Source: Selaginella moellendorffii (taxonomy: Eukaryota > Plantae > Lycopodiophyta). Taken from it: a stretch of DNA of 64,000 nt. This document shows, piece after piece, positions 36,262 to 48,064 of the stretch (its first letter is position 1; every line of letters begins with the position of its first letter). A model generated the notes under the pieces. That model had not been told where the DNA came from. It made no database searches and saw only the letters and a list, made by a program, of their open reading frames with translations. A program made the position numbers and the translations under genes. Location: positions 528,705 to 592,704 of the forward strand of contig NW_003314354.1 in assembly GCF_000143415.4 (NCBI RefSeq). Reading direction: 5' to 3'.

Positions 36262-36700
36262 TCCTCATAGCTAAGGCTTGATTTGGTGTTGTCTATATGC
36301 CTAATCTGTTAATTGTGTTGTCTTTGGAGCCATGACTCTATTCTTCATTGTATATATAGTGAGCTTACAGCAAGATTTGAAGAGGGTTATCACTTCTTCA
36401 ACCTATAGTCAATTAGGCTATATGATCTTTATACTTGAGATTTCTCACTATGTGATAAACATTTTTCATTTAATGAATCACACCTACTTCAAAGCAATAT
36501 TGTTCTTGAGTGTAGATTTAGTCATTCATGCTTGGGGCAATTACCAGGATCTGTGAAAGATGAGGGGCTTGGCACCCAAACTACCATTGACCTATGCCTC
36601 CATGTTTATCAGTGACTTCTCCTTGATCAGATTCCCCTATGTAGCTAGATTTTTCTCTAAGGATGTCATCTTGGAGCTGGCTTATACTCACTTTGATGGG
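36262..36700 (+). pseudogene. nad5: Nuclear copy of mitochondrial nad5 (NUMT), decayed
   Basis: GAMTLFF...[22 protein letters not shown]...FHLMNHTYFKAILFLS...VIHA...QDL*KMRGLA...PLTYASM...SKDVILELAYT matches plant ND5 [22 protein letters not shown]...SKDVILELAYT. Contains a premature TGA. Confidence 0.92.
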
Positions 36701-39500
36701 GATACCAGCTGGAGGGAGGTAGTGTCTGGCTACTCCTATCCAGAGGGCATCATTGGTAGACTTTAGGGGAGTAGAAAAGTAGTGAGACATAGCATTATGC
36801 CGGTCTCCTTGCATATGGCTCTCAATCCCATGAGTGGAAGAGATGCACCAAGTGTCATGGTTATCCCCTTCATCATCCTCTCTAGTCATTAAATTCCTTT
36901 CTAGAGTTCCCAATTGGCCCTCTATCCCTCTCCACTTGATACAATCCCACCTCTGGCTGTGGGTTGCCCCACCAAAACCCTCCCACCCCATTGGGGTTGG
37001 CCGGCCATTTGCTATGTTTTTTCAAGCACTCTAGAGAGTTATCTTTTATCCAAGTTCTAGATAGCAAAGTCTCAAAAATTCCAACAAATAGTAGTAGTTG
37101 ATATATCCAGAATAAAGAATACCACAAAGAGGTGTTACAAAATTTTGAAGTTATTTACAAGTTTTGAAAATGTCTATTCAATTAGTCATAGTTTTATAAA
37201 CACTAATATAAAATGGAAGACTACTTGAAACAAAAGAATATAAAAAAAAATTATTAGCAAAAAGAAATACTTATATTATCCTTTCTATATTGGCTTTTCC
37301 TTTCTTGTGTTATCATTTGTTCACTTTTTTACTTTTCTTATACTGTTAATTTTTTATTTTCTTCCCTTTCCTAAACTCAAATTTTTTTGTCTCTGCTTTT
37401 TTCCTTCCTTTAATACCTCCTTTAATCATTATCTTTCTTGTTTTGGTTGCTTTTGTCCTCCTTCTCCCTTAATTTTTTTTGTTCTCCTTTTTTAGTTTTT
37501 TTTTGTGCTCCTCCCTTTTATCATCTTCACTTTTGTCTTGGTTATCTTTGTACTCCTCCTCTCTTGGTTTTTTTTTGTTCTCCTCCTCCTTTAGTATCTC
37601 ACTTTGGTACTTTTTTATGAACATTGATCCACTTGGTTGTTCAATAGCTAGAGTATTGCCCAATTCATGATAGATGTACTTTGAGAAGCAAGTACAAAAA
37701 AAACTATATTAAAACTTACCCTCTTGAATAATAATTCTTCTATTATAATTAGTCATTACTTTTGTAGCAATGAATTCTAATCCAATAGGAGAAAACAAAC
37801 TACCAAACCAATGGATTTAGCCATCTCCATCCTTAACAATATAAATTTTTTAGAAATAACAATAGTTTTTCCTAAAATAAAAAACAAATTTAAAACTAAG
37901 AAAATAAAAGTTTACCTATACAATAACTCTTAAACTTTTCCTTTATTGTTTTTATAACCTTATTATTTTTGCCAATTATGTTGGTAACTTTGGAAGTGAG
38001 TGTTAGCACCACAAGGTTTGAACTTTGATAAACATATTATTTAATGATCTAAAGTATCAAAAACATTAAAGATTTCACTCGAAGTGGCAAAATGATTACT
38101 AAATAGTGCATTTTATAAGGTCTCCTTTTCAAAAAAGCTTTCAAGTGCACTATAAGAGAAATTTATAAGAAAGAAAAACAATATTAAAAAAAAGTTTTAT
38201 AGTTCATGCATTCTTTTGTTATAAGCTACTTTGCTGCTACCACCACTAGAAGAAGAACAACACAATTGGCTTCGAAAAACAAAACAACACTTACATATCT
38301 TAGATGAAAAAACTACACCTATATATCTCTATGGTAAATAGTGCCAATGCTACCAATACTAATAGCATTGCTCATGTAGAAGAAGTTTTATGAGAAAGCA
38401 AAACAATCTAAAAAAAACCTCTTACAATTCATATTTTAACACTTACAAAAACAAAATTACACTTACATATCTTTATGGAGGGTAGTGCCAATAGTACCTT
38501 TATAACTAGGCTTCCTATAAAAAAAGTTTATGAGAAAATAAGAGAATAAAAAAAACAACTCTTATAGTTCATGTATTCTTTCCTTATAAATCATTTTAAC
38601 TCCAATGACACTACCACCACTGGAAAAATAGTGCAATTAGCTTCAAAAGGAAAAAAAACTATACTTACATATCTCTATGGTTACACCATAACTAACTCTA
38701 CCATAGTGATCTCTACACCCTCCAATTTCTCCCAACCCTCCACTATTGGTTACAATGTAGTTACCACCTTGACCATGACTCATTGAACCACTAAAGGCGA
38801 TAGAAATGATATAAACACTAGCAATTGCCTTTGCCACCAAACTTGACAAGGAACTCTTACTTGCCATTATCATAAAATTACCAACTAGCACTGGCACTAT
38901 CAAATCAATTGAATCCTCACCCCAATCAATGGAACTCATACTACAGTTGGCCACCTAGAGGTTTAGAAATGAAAGGTAAAGCACAAACATTGCCACTACA
39001 AAAGTGCCAAAGTTCATTAATAGTTTAGTTTTAGTTTTGCTCACTTTATAAAGAAATTTTACCTTCCAATTACACAAACACCATTTTGACCCTTGCCTGC
39101 CACCTAGAACCACTATAGTCACCTCCAACAATGTCAATTCCCAATGCTATAAGCACTATCCTTGACAAGGAACCATGACTAGTGTAGTAAAGTTTCCTAA
39201 TCTTGCTGTGGGGAGATTGATGGCTAGGAATTGTGTATCCACGGACAAAGGTATCTACCGTGGGACTGTCATGAATGACTAGTTGCCTCACATGGAATAG
39301 CTAATCTTCACAATGGAAGGATTGGTAAATTCAGTGCGGAAATGGAAGTGTTAGTTCCCCTTGGCTTAGTATATATGCATGACAAAAAAGCTTATTGGGT
39401 CCTTAGATATGTATCTAGATCACTAACACTTTTACTGACTTTGTGCTTCTGTGTTCTTGGTAGAGCTTGCCATGCAACTGGCTATATAACAAAATATCCA

Positions 39501-40286
39501 TGTAAGCTCCTGAGTCTAGACTTCTCGGGAGGTCACCCATCCCAGTACTATTCAAACCCAAGGCTATTTGGGGTTTAGGGTAAAAACCCAAGACCCTTAA
39601 CTGATTGAAAAATGGGGTGCACTTTTATTCATAAGCCCTTTCCCTCTATATTTGAACCCCATGGACTGTCTCTCAAGTCGTTCTCTTTGGTTGTTTACAA
39701 TCCACCACACTTCCCTACAAGTTCACATCTTCATGAATGGAAGCTAAGAGCCATAGCTCTCCCGAGAGCTTGACACCCTACCCCTCGGGTTGAGCCTAGC
39801 GGGAGCAAACTGGACCAGCCAGATGTTAATCAATATGTGGTGTGATTCCCCTAGCCAACCAACAGATGGGAGAGCCCCGCTCTCTTGACACCCTACCCCT
39901 CGGGTCGAGCCCAGCAGGAGCAAATTGGACTAGCCAGATGTCAATCAATATGTGGTGTGATTTTCCTAGCCAACCAACAGAGTCGGACCCGCCCCTCGGG
40001 AGCAAGTTGGACCAACCAAATGTCAATCAATATGTGGTAGGATTCCCCTAGCCAACCAACAGAGTTGGACCCAAGACCCCTTTGATACCAAATGTAAGCT
40101 CCTGAGTCTGAACTTCCTGGGAGGTCAGCCAACCCAGTACTATTCAAACCTAAGGACGCTTAACCTCAAGTATCCTAAGACCCTTAACCGATTGGAAAAG
40201 TGGGTGCACTCTTATTCATGGGCCCTTTCCCTTTATATTTGAACCCCATGGACCATCTCTCAAGTCGTTCTCTTTAGTTGTTTACA
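39501..40286 (-). mobile_element. Cassandra-like TRIM with 5S rRNA-derived LTRs
   Basis: Two ~195-bp TG...CA direct repeats (39501-39699, 40093-40286). Minus-strand PBS TGGTATCAAA (40081-40090, tRNA-iMet type) and purine tract AGGGAAGTGTGGTGGAT (39700-39716). ATCCA flanks both ends. Each LTR carries a 5S internal-control-region match. Confidence 0.9.
39769..40062. repeat. About 2.6 tandem copies of a ~115-bp unit forming the TRIM internal region
   Basis: GGAGCAAA(C/T)TGGAC...AATCAATATGTGG...CCTAGCCAACCAACAG occurs three times; CTTGACACCCTACCCCTCGGG occurs twice. Confidence 0.88.
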
Positions 40287-41379
40287 ATCCACTAGTGATG
40301 TAGGCCAATAAAGATGAGTTCGTTATTTACCCCTTTCTAAGTAGTAGACACCTTCAACTATTTCCGATAGTATTCCCAAATTCTTCAAGATATCTATTGT
40401 CCTTTAATGTAAATTTTTTCATGTCACACCTTAGATCAAGCCACATCAATCAAAATAGAACTTCAACTTAGATAACACAATCATAAGAATAGTTAATTTT
40501 CTTGACCTAGAAGGTGTTATGAAGCTCTTTAATTAGATCAAAGTACTGATCCTCGGTACTATTCTTGGTCATTGCTTCATGCTTGCTTGCTATGGAAGCT
40601 AGGGCATGCTAAATAGCATTCCTCCACAACATATATTTGATATGCAAAATTTGTCAAATGACAACTGCATTATCTGGCATTTAGTGAAGTAGCCATAGCC
40701 CAAGGCCCACAAGTTGTTGAAATGGGGCATTAGGGTGGGGTTCTATGCTTCACCTTGGGGGGAAATTTTCCATGGGGGAGAAATTAAACCCTAGATTCCA
40801 TGCCCCCACTTAATGACATAGTACCCAAGGGGGGAACCTGGTGTCCCCCCTTCTAGAGCCTGAAACCTAGTAAAATACACAAATAAAATAATGTCATATG
40901 GTTAAATTACCACATCATTTAAAAATTTTGTCTACTTTAATTTGCCACCATATGAATACGCGAGTTCTTGGAGGGCTTTAGGAGGGATTTTTGCAACAAT
41001 TTGAGAAGGAAGTTTGCAAGAAATGAAAAATCACTCACCTTCACCTCATCCATAGTTATAATTTGGCTCTTTTTCTAGTTCACTAATAGCTTAAACTCAT
41101 GTAAGTATTAAATTTTGTAATTCTAAAGTTTTGCTTGTTTTTCTTAATGTTCAGGGAGGAAAGGGCTCTTCGTTTAATGTTATCTTGGGATCTATGCCAA
41201 ATGTAGCCATGATCTAGATACTTTTCATTTTCTCTTTGGTTTTAATCTTTTGTTTAGCAAAATTTACAATGGTTTTTAGCCCGGCATTCCTACATGCAAT
41301 CCAATGATTGAATTTATTCCAAGTATTTTTGCAATGCAAGCTAGATTCAATTCCTTAAACTAGGCATTTTTTTCCAATT

Positions 41380-42450
41380 ATTTTTCTATTTTAATTACGA
41401 GAACAATATCCCATCAGGGAAACCATCATATTTTAGTAGTGAGTTTACTACAAGAATGAAGAAGGATATGAAGCTTCTTTATACATTTAATAAAGGCCTC
41501 TATAATGTTATGGATGACACAGTTGAGAGTTAATGTTTTAAGTAGCCACTGAGTTAATACATCTATGGGTTCCACAATTGCACCAAGCTATAATAAGTTC
41601 ATTTAGATTTATTAATTGACTTTTTATTTCTCTTTTTCCTAGAGGCAAACACAACTACAGATCCAGATGCAAATGCTGTATTTGAGACACAAGATCCTAG
41701 AGATGCTAAGAAGGACATTTCAGAAGTATAAATTGGCAAAAAGAAAGTTTTAATAGCTATAGGGAAATAAAACAAATGCACTCCAAAGGGATTTAATAGT
41801 CTTCTTGAGTGAAGTGACGAGCAAAGGAAAGTAATGATGCAAGAACTTCAAGATAGCAATATATAAATGATGGAAAAAATAAAGGCAACTAATAATCGAC
41901 ACCACCAAACTTCATTTGTGGCTACAGATAAAAGTGTAAATAAATATAGAGAGAGATACAATGGTGGGAATGAAGTCTTACTATTTACCATGGCTTGAAC
42001 TACCATCAAGTAGTACTTTTTTGCCCTAGCATACCAATTTATTACATCCTATGATCCTGGGAGCTTGATTGCAATATAAGTGCAATCCATTGTACCACAA
42101 CAGTTTGGGAATTTATACAATCTCTGAAATCCTATTGTAACTTCATTAATTCCCTCTTCATCCGGCTAATGGATCATTAGTCCTTCATACTTAAGTAATG
42201 GATACTTGAAATAGTATAAACAAGCTTGCATAGTGCATGAAGCCACTCCAAATACATCATTAATTGTTCACCATATATCCCCGGATGCCAAGTGTTTTAA
42301 AGCTATAGCTACTTTGAAACAGGCAAATGCCACTCTAGTATTTCTACTGAACCTAGAGGAGAAATTTTGAAGCAAGCCCATTATAAAGAAAAATGAATAT
42401 AAATATTGAAATCCAAAAAACTTTTCTAAACCTTTATAGATTTATATGGA
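41380..42450. mobile_element. Degenerate PIF/Harbinger transposon: DDE transposase remnant (-, ~41968-42450) facing a Myb/trihelix-like ORF remnant (+, ~41380-41950)
   Basis: Minus strand reads KVAIALKHLASGD..*TINDVFGVASCT...GFQRLYKFPNCCGTMDCTYIAIKLP...KKYYLMVVQAMVN, matching HARBI1-type PNCCGAIDCTHI / YSMVLQAVVD. Plus strand NIPSGKPSYF...FNKGLYNVMDD is a weaker match. Confidence 0.8.
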
Positions 42451-43074
42451 GAATTTCAAACTCTATTTAATGCCACTAGTGGAGACTCTCGTAGTAGGAT
42501 ATAGTATGAAAAACACTATAGCAATTGCTTCCTCTACCATTCAAATGAACAAAAGCTTTCTTGAAACTGGAATTAAAATCATGTTCTCCTCTTCCAGAAA
42601 AAACAACTTTACCAAATTTAAATACTTCATCAATAGCATAGGAAATGATCAGCAAGGAAGAATTGTTGAGCTATGGCATGTGCACTCAATTTAGGGCAAA
42701 CCAAAATTATGATGTGGAAAAAAAGAAGCTGGGAAGTTGTTTTTGGGAAGTTGTTTTTGAGAAATTTCCAGGTCCACCCTTATAACAAAATAGTTAAACC
42801 ACATTGCTGCAGCAAATTATTTTATTGGTGCTTCTAGAAACTTGTGGGATTCATTGGAGAACAGGGAAAGAGTAGCATTCTTGTTTTCTTGTACGATGAT
42901 GAAGGGAGGAAGGTCGTTTGATGCTGCTGCATACCTGTACGAGGTACTGCTTGAGCAGCAAGCAGCAGTAGAAATTTGCGAGTTCTGAAACAAAGGTGCG
43001 CATTTCCATCAAAATATTGCCCTATATCCAAAACTACAGAGTTTGGTCTAGGTCTCTCTTTCGCTGATTGAGAT

Positions 43075-44628
43075 ATGGCGCTCAGGGCATCAACAGCTTG
43101 GGCTGACGCGCCGCGGGGCCTCCAGCTCNNNNNNNNNNNNNNNNNNNNNNNNNNNNNNNNNNNNNNNNNNNNNNNNNNNNNNNNNNNNNNNNNNNNNNNN
43201 NNNNNNNNNNNNNNNNNNNNNNNNNNNNNNNNNNNNNNNNNNNNNNNNNNNNNNNNNNNNNNNNNNNNNNNNNNNNNNNNNNNNNNNNNNNNNNNNNNNN
43301 NNNNNNNNNNNNNNNNNNNNNNNNNNNNNNNNNNNNNNNNNNNNNNNNNNNNNNNNNNNNNNNNNNNNNNNNNNNNNNNNNNNNNNNNNNNNNNNNNNNN
43401 NNNNNNNNNNNNNNNNNNNNNNNNNNNNNNNNNNNNNNNNNNNNNNNNNNNNNNNNNNNNNNNNNNNNNNNNNNNNNNNNNNNNNNNNNNNNNNNNNNNN
43501 NNNNNNNNNNNNNNNNNNNNNNNNNNNNNNNNNNNNNNNNNNNNNNNNNNNNNNNNNNNNNNNNNNNNNNNNNNNNNNNNNNNNNNNNNNNNNNNNNNNN
43601 NNNNNNNNNNNNNNNNNNNNNNNNNNNNNNNNNNNNNNNNNNNNNNNNNNNNNNNNNNNNNNNNNNNNNNNNNNNNNNNNNNNNNNNNNNNNNNNNNNNN
43701 NNNNNNNNNNNNNNNNNNNNNNNNNNNNNNNNNNNNNNNNNNNNNNNNNNNNNNNNNNNNNNNNNNNNNNNNNNNNNNNNNNNNNNNNNNNNNNNNNNNN
43801 NNNNNNNNNNNNNNNNNNNNNNNNNNNNNNNNNNNNNAACTTTACTAGGAGACCATCGACGCATTGACACTGGCTACGTTTCTGTTGGTGGAAACCGACA
43901 TCATTTCATCAACGTTGGAGCACTTCATTTGTATGTCTGCTCTTTGCTTTCCCGGCACTTGCTTACCGTGCTTGACAGGAGCGCACAGGCCGGATACCAT
44001 GCCACTAAGTATAAGTGGCTGGGAAACTTGTCTTATGTGATAGGGGCATTGCAGGCGTTCATGCATCACAAGAATCGCGACCTTGATATCCGGGTAAATA
44101 ACTTTTTGTGTTTTCTTTTCCTCAAAGTTTTTTTCTTGTTACACAGATCAACGGAGAGGAGTGGAAACGTTTTTCAAGAGTTACATCCATTGCAATTGGA
44201 AATGGCAAGTACTTTGGCGGCGGCATGAAAATCACGCCAACAGCGGATCCTTACAGTGGAGATCTTGAGGTATGTGTGTGACCCTCGACGGGGTCAAAGA
44301 TGTAACAGTGGAGGAGAGATGATGCGCTCGCAGGTGACCATTTTGCAACACTTTCAGTGGTACCACTTTGTGATACACTTGTTCAAGCTGTACAAGGGCA
44401 CTTTTCTCGAACTGAACAATACGTGGCGGTTCGACAAGTAGGTCTATGTCTCACCATCGGCTTGTCGATTGAAGGTGGCTTTGTTTCAGAGTGAAGAGCA
44501 TCGAGATTAAGGAGGCCGACAACGAGAGTGGAGATGACGGCGTGTTTGTCCAGGCTGATGGAGAGCATCTTGGTTTTCTTCCCGCCGAGTTTGGGATCTT
44601 GCCAGGCAGCCTCGACTTCCTGTGCTGA
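43075..44628 (+). CDS. LCBK2: Sphingoid long-chain base kinase 2-like (DAGK catalytic family), interrupted by gap
   Basis: RRIDTG...[52 protein letters not shown]...[10 protein letters not shown]. The start at 43075 is tentative. Confidence 0.85.
43129..43837. other. Assembly gap (N run)
   Basis: Run of N bases. Confidence 1.
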
Positions 44629-44838
44629 AACTCTTTGGCGACGCGACATACCGTTCTTTTCTCTACGCTAACGCGTGGGTGTTATAGTTGCGACATTTGT
44701 TATTGTCGAAAGGAAAAGAGAAAAGAGCCAGGGGATCGAAATCAATCAAATCAAGCCATGACGAAGACAAAGAAGAGGCAAAAGAGCAGAGAGAGAGAGA
44801 GAGAGAGGAAAAAGAAGGTGTCTTGAAGTTTCAAAGGC

Positions 44839-45136
44839 TTGACCGGGGTCCTTGTCAAAGAGTGTTGTTTTCCTTGTCGTGCTCATAGGTTTTGTATTTG
44901 ATATATGGCCATCTTTTGACCAGAGCGATGGGGGTACGGTGCGCCTCAAAGCGTTTGTCTGGGTATCCCGATCCACTTTCCCGGGGGGTTCGGTCCAGCG
45001 CGTGAGCCCCACATTCCAATCTTCCATGCATCGAAGTATCCATCCACCTCGTATGACGTTGGGCTATACCCCCGCACTGAGGCACCCCAGTCAAAGCTAC
45101 GAACAAGCGCAGAATCACCCTGCTTGTATATATTAA
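44839..45136 (+). promoter_or_regulatory. Putative VQ gene promoter with W-boxes and TATA
   Basis: TTGACC at 44839 and 44916, reverse TTGAC core at 44854, TGACG at 45054, TATATATTAA at ~45127. Confidence 0.4.
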
Positions 45137-45193
45137 CACGTCTAAACATTCGGAAACCAATCAATCCCCCTTCTCTCTTCTCCTTTCTTCGCC

Positions 45194-45655
45194 ATGGATT
45201 CCTCCTCCCCTTGCTCCTCTCGCCCCTCCTCGCCAGCCGGAGCGCAGCCACTCAAGGTAGTGCACATCTTCTCCCCGAGGATCTTCCGCACCGATGCCGA
45301 GAACTTCCGCACGCTGGTCCAGTGCCTCACGGGCAACAACCGCATCAACGATCTGTGTGATGACTCCTGGATCCCGGACGGATGCGTGGAGCTCACCCCT
45401 CGCAAGCGGCACTCCTCCACCACCTCCAACTTCAATCACCATCTTCTTCTCTCCCCGGCTCAACCCCACGCTGGCGCCGCCGCTGCTGTGGCTGCTGCTT
45501 CTGCTCAACCATTCGGCCTCGGAAGAAACTCGGGCCGCTTTCACGATATCGACATTGTACCGAGCCTCATCTCAGCCGACACTCTTGATGCGGATTGGCT
45601 ACCACCATTTGTTCCAGATCCCAGCATCAACCACCTGTGGACATGTCAGGCTTGA
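45194..45655 (+). CDS. VQ motif-containing protein (intronless)
   Basis: KVVHIFSPRIFRTDAENFRTLVQCLTG matches FxxhVQxhTG. Confidence 0.92.
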   Translation: MDSSSPCSSRPSSPAGAQPLKVVHIFSPRIFRTDAENFRTLVQCLTGNNRINDLCDDSWIPDGCVELTPRKRHSSTTSNFNHHLLLSPAQPHAGAAAAVAAASAQPFGLGRNSGRFHDIDIVPSLISADTLDADWLPPFVPDPSINHLWTCQA

Positions 45656-45797
45656 GCACAAACAGCCTTGTAAGTTCCAGTGTAGATAAAAAGAACCGCA
45701 GCATACCAACTGTCTCGGTCGAGCGAGCTGCTGGGTGTGCGCGCGCGCGTGTTGTTGAATTAAAGGAGCAGTCGGTAAATACAAAGTGCCTTTTGAT

Positions 45798-47082
45798 TCA
45801 AAACTCCTGGCCTTCCATATCCGATCTCACAGGATACTCTAGCCCTTTGAACACTGGCATTCTTCTAACATCCTCTTCCGCATACATGGGAAGGAACCAA
45901 AACAATTTCTTTGTGCCAAAAACCTGCCAACGGAGGTGAAGCTCTTGCAATCCAAAACAAATGCAAACCTGCCTACCTGCTCGAAATTCTTTCTACGCCC
46001 AAGGTCATAGCGCCATCTTGCAGTTGCTTTCTTCTCGTAAGCCTGCGGCAACAGCATTGAGCAGGAAACACTTGGAAAGGAAGTTATGCTTTAACCTCAA
46101 TGGTGGTGGTGTTTCCAGCGACTAAAGATATGTGCATGATGAGAAAACCAAGTACGCTGAGTGCAAAGGCCAGATCTAGGACTGAAGCCAAGAGGAAAAG
46201 GGCGAGTTTCAGAATGAGAAAGAAACCGCAACGACTGACCAAATGCGAGAAAGGTGGTCGCAAGTGTCCCGGGAAGAGCAGGCTCGTCATCAGCATCTGT
46301 GAAGAATGCAATGAAGTGTGGTAGTAGCGAGAGCGACACCAGTGATGTCTCAAGAAATGTATAGAACTGCACAATATCCAGACGTCAACATGCAGAGGAG
46401 GATGATTGGCACCCGTCGTACCAGGAAAAGTAGAAACGCCTTGTAGTTGCGAGCACCAACACAATTGACAACCCAGACACAGTGGTGGTCCATCTTGAGG
46501 ACGCATCGTCCACCTGCATGGCACTGGCAAGTTAGCGAAAGAGTTTGAGGCGCATGGGCATGACTTACACACGGAGCAGTGGTGGCAGCGCGGAGGCTTG
46601 AACTGGCAGCACTTCCGGCAGAAGCGCATCCTGGGGCTGTCGAGGCTGGTGCTCATCTGGGTGGTGGGCGCGGTCAGGACTGCGGCCGAGTTGGCGGGCA
46701 GCGATGACAGGAGCGTGTTCTGTGCTTCCATATCCTCCTCATTCGCGGAGGCGGGCTTCCAGTCCGAGGGGACGCTCCCTGGATCCGTGAACACCACTGC
46801 AAAATAGCACCAGAGGACCATTGCCAGCTGATGCATCGAAGAAAGCTCTGAGCTATGGAATGCACACTCAATGCAAGAAAGGATTCTTGTTACCAGGAGG
46901 TGGAAGGCGACAATGACGAGCGCGGCAACCGGGGCGTGATATCCAGCCTTGAACAGATCAGGGCCGTAATTGGCGACGACGATGGCGTAGTAGGAGACGG
47001 AGACAACGGCCAGAACCACCAGGATCATGACGGATCCCACGACCCGGAGACCGGTGCAAAGCTTGAACGCGTTCCATGCCAT
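45798..47082 (-). CDS. DHHC-type protein S-acyltransferase (PAT13/14-like), multi-exon
   Basis: [39 protein letters not shown]|[36 protein letters not shown]. Confidence 0.93.
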
Positions 47083-47442
47083 CAACTTCCTGTGACCAAC
47101 CTTTGCCCACCAGCTGCGGCCGGTGCCACCGCCGCTCCAGGCCAGATTGCGCGACGCGAGGGCCGCGCCCTACCTCCTCTGCAAATTACCCTAGAACTCT
47201 CTCATCGCCGCCGCATTCAGCGCCCGGATTTGGCACACATTGCTGATTGCTGTGAGAGTGACCGGCAATGCTGGAAAGATTCGCCCCTGTGCTCGCTCCT
47301 CCTGTTCACGCCTCCATTCCCAGCCGCCAAGGAATATACCCCCCTTCCCTTTGCATTTTCCTTTCCTTTTTGCGTTTTAGGTCTTCTCCTTGCTTCTAGA
47401 CCTAGGGAGAGTTGAGAGAAGCGAGCGGCGCCGACGACGACG

Positions 47443-47938
47443 ATGATGATGATGAGGCGAGCTGCGCAGCGCTTGACGGGAGGGGGCGTCTTGATCCGCC
47501 GGACCTATGCCGACACGCGAGGCGTGCTTAGCGAGGAGGAGAAGGCGGCGGAAAACATGTATATAAAGGTTTGCTTGCTTTGTTTCTGGCCAAAATGTCC
47601 TCATGTCGCTTTGATCATGTATGATCAGAGAATGGAGAGGGAAAAGCTCGAAAAAGCCCGCATGAAGGTGAGTGCTGCTGCGTGCTGCTGCATTGACAAT
47701 CAATCAATCCTCACTCCTCACTGGTGGGCAGGCAAGCGAGGAGGAGGCCTCGTCTGCGGCATCCTCAGCATCCACAGCTGCCCAGGAAGAACGAGTGCCA
47801 AAGGCAGACCCGGACCTGCCCACCAAGAGCATAGCGATGGGAGCTGGCCTTGTTGCTGTGGCTTGTGCAGTTTACTTCATGTTTTCGTCGCCCCCTAGTG
47901 GCAAGAAGACTGCGGAATCCAAGGTCGAAGAGTCTTAG
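47443..47938 (+). CDS. Small mitochondrial IF1-like / At2g27730-type protein with C-terminal transmembrane helix (3 exons)
   Basis: R-rich presequence, GVLSEEEKAAENMYIK|RMEREKLEK, hydrophobic IAMGAGLVAVACAVYFMF. Confidence 0.8.
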
Positions 47939-48064
47939 TAAGTCCGCACCGCACGGAAAGCGAGACAATCACGAAAGACGCCCTGGCTTGGCTTTTTCAT
48001 CTTTCACTGTTAAATAACAAAGTAAGGGCCCTCTAGGGCTTAGTGGCATTTGGTCTTTTTGGCG

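Noticed and set aside
36853-37139. Possible solo LTR (TGTCA...TTACA)
   Set aside because: No target-site duplication and no second copy in the window.
39510-40170. 5S rRNA gene, or CRISPR-like array of spaced repeats
   Set aside because: Only the internal ~55 nt of 5S is present, inside LTRs. The repeats are tandem units without unique spacers in a eukaryotic context.
40730-42782. TTA-GGGTGG...CCACCC-TTA as Harbinger TSD and TIRs
   Set aside because: Only 6 bp of inverted match; suggestive but insufficient to fix the element ends.
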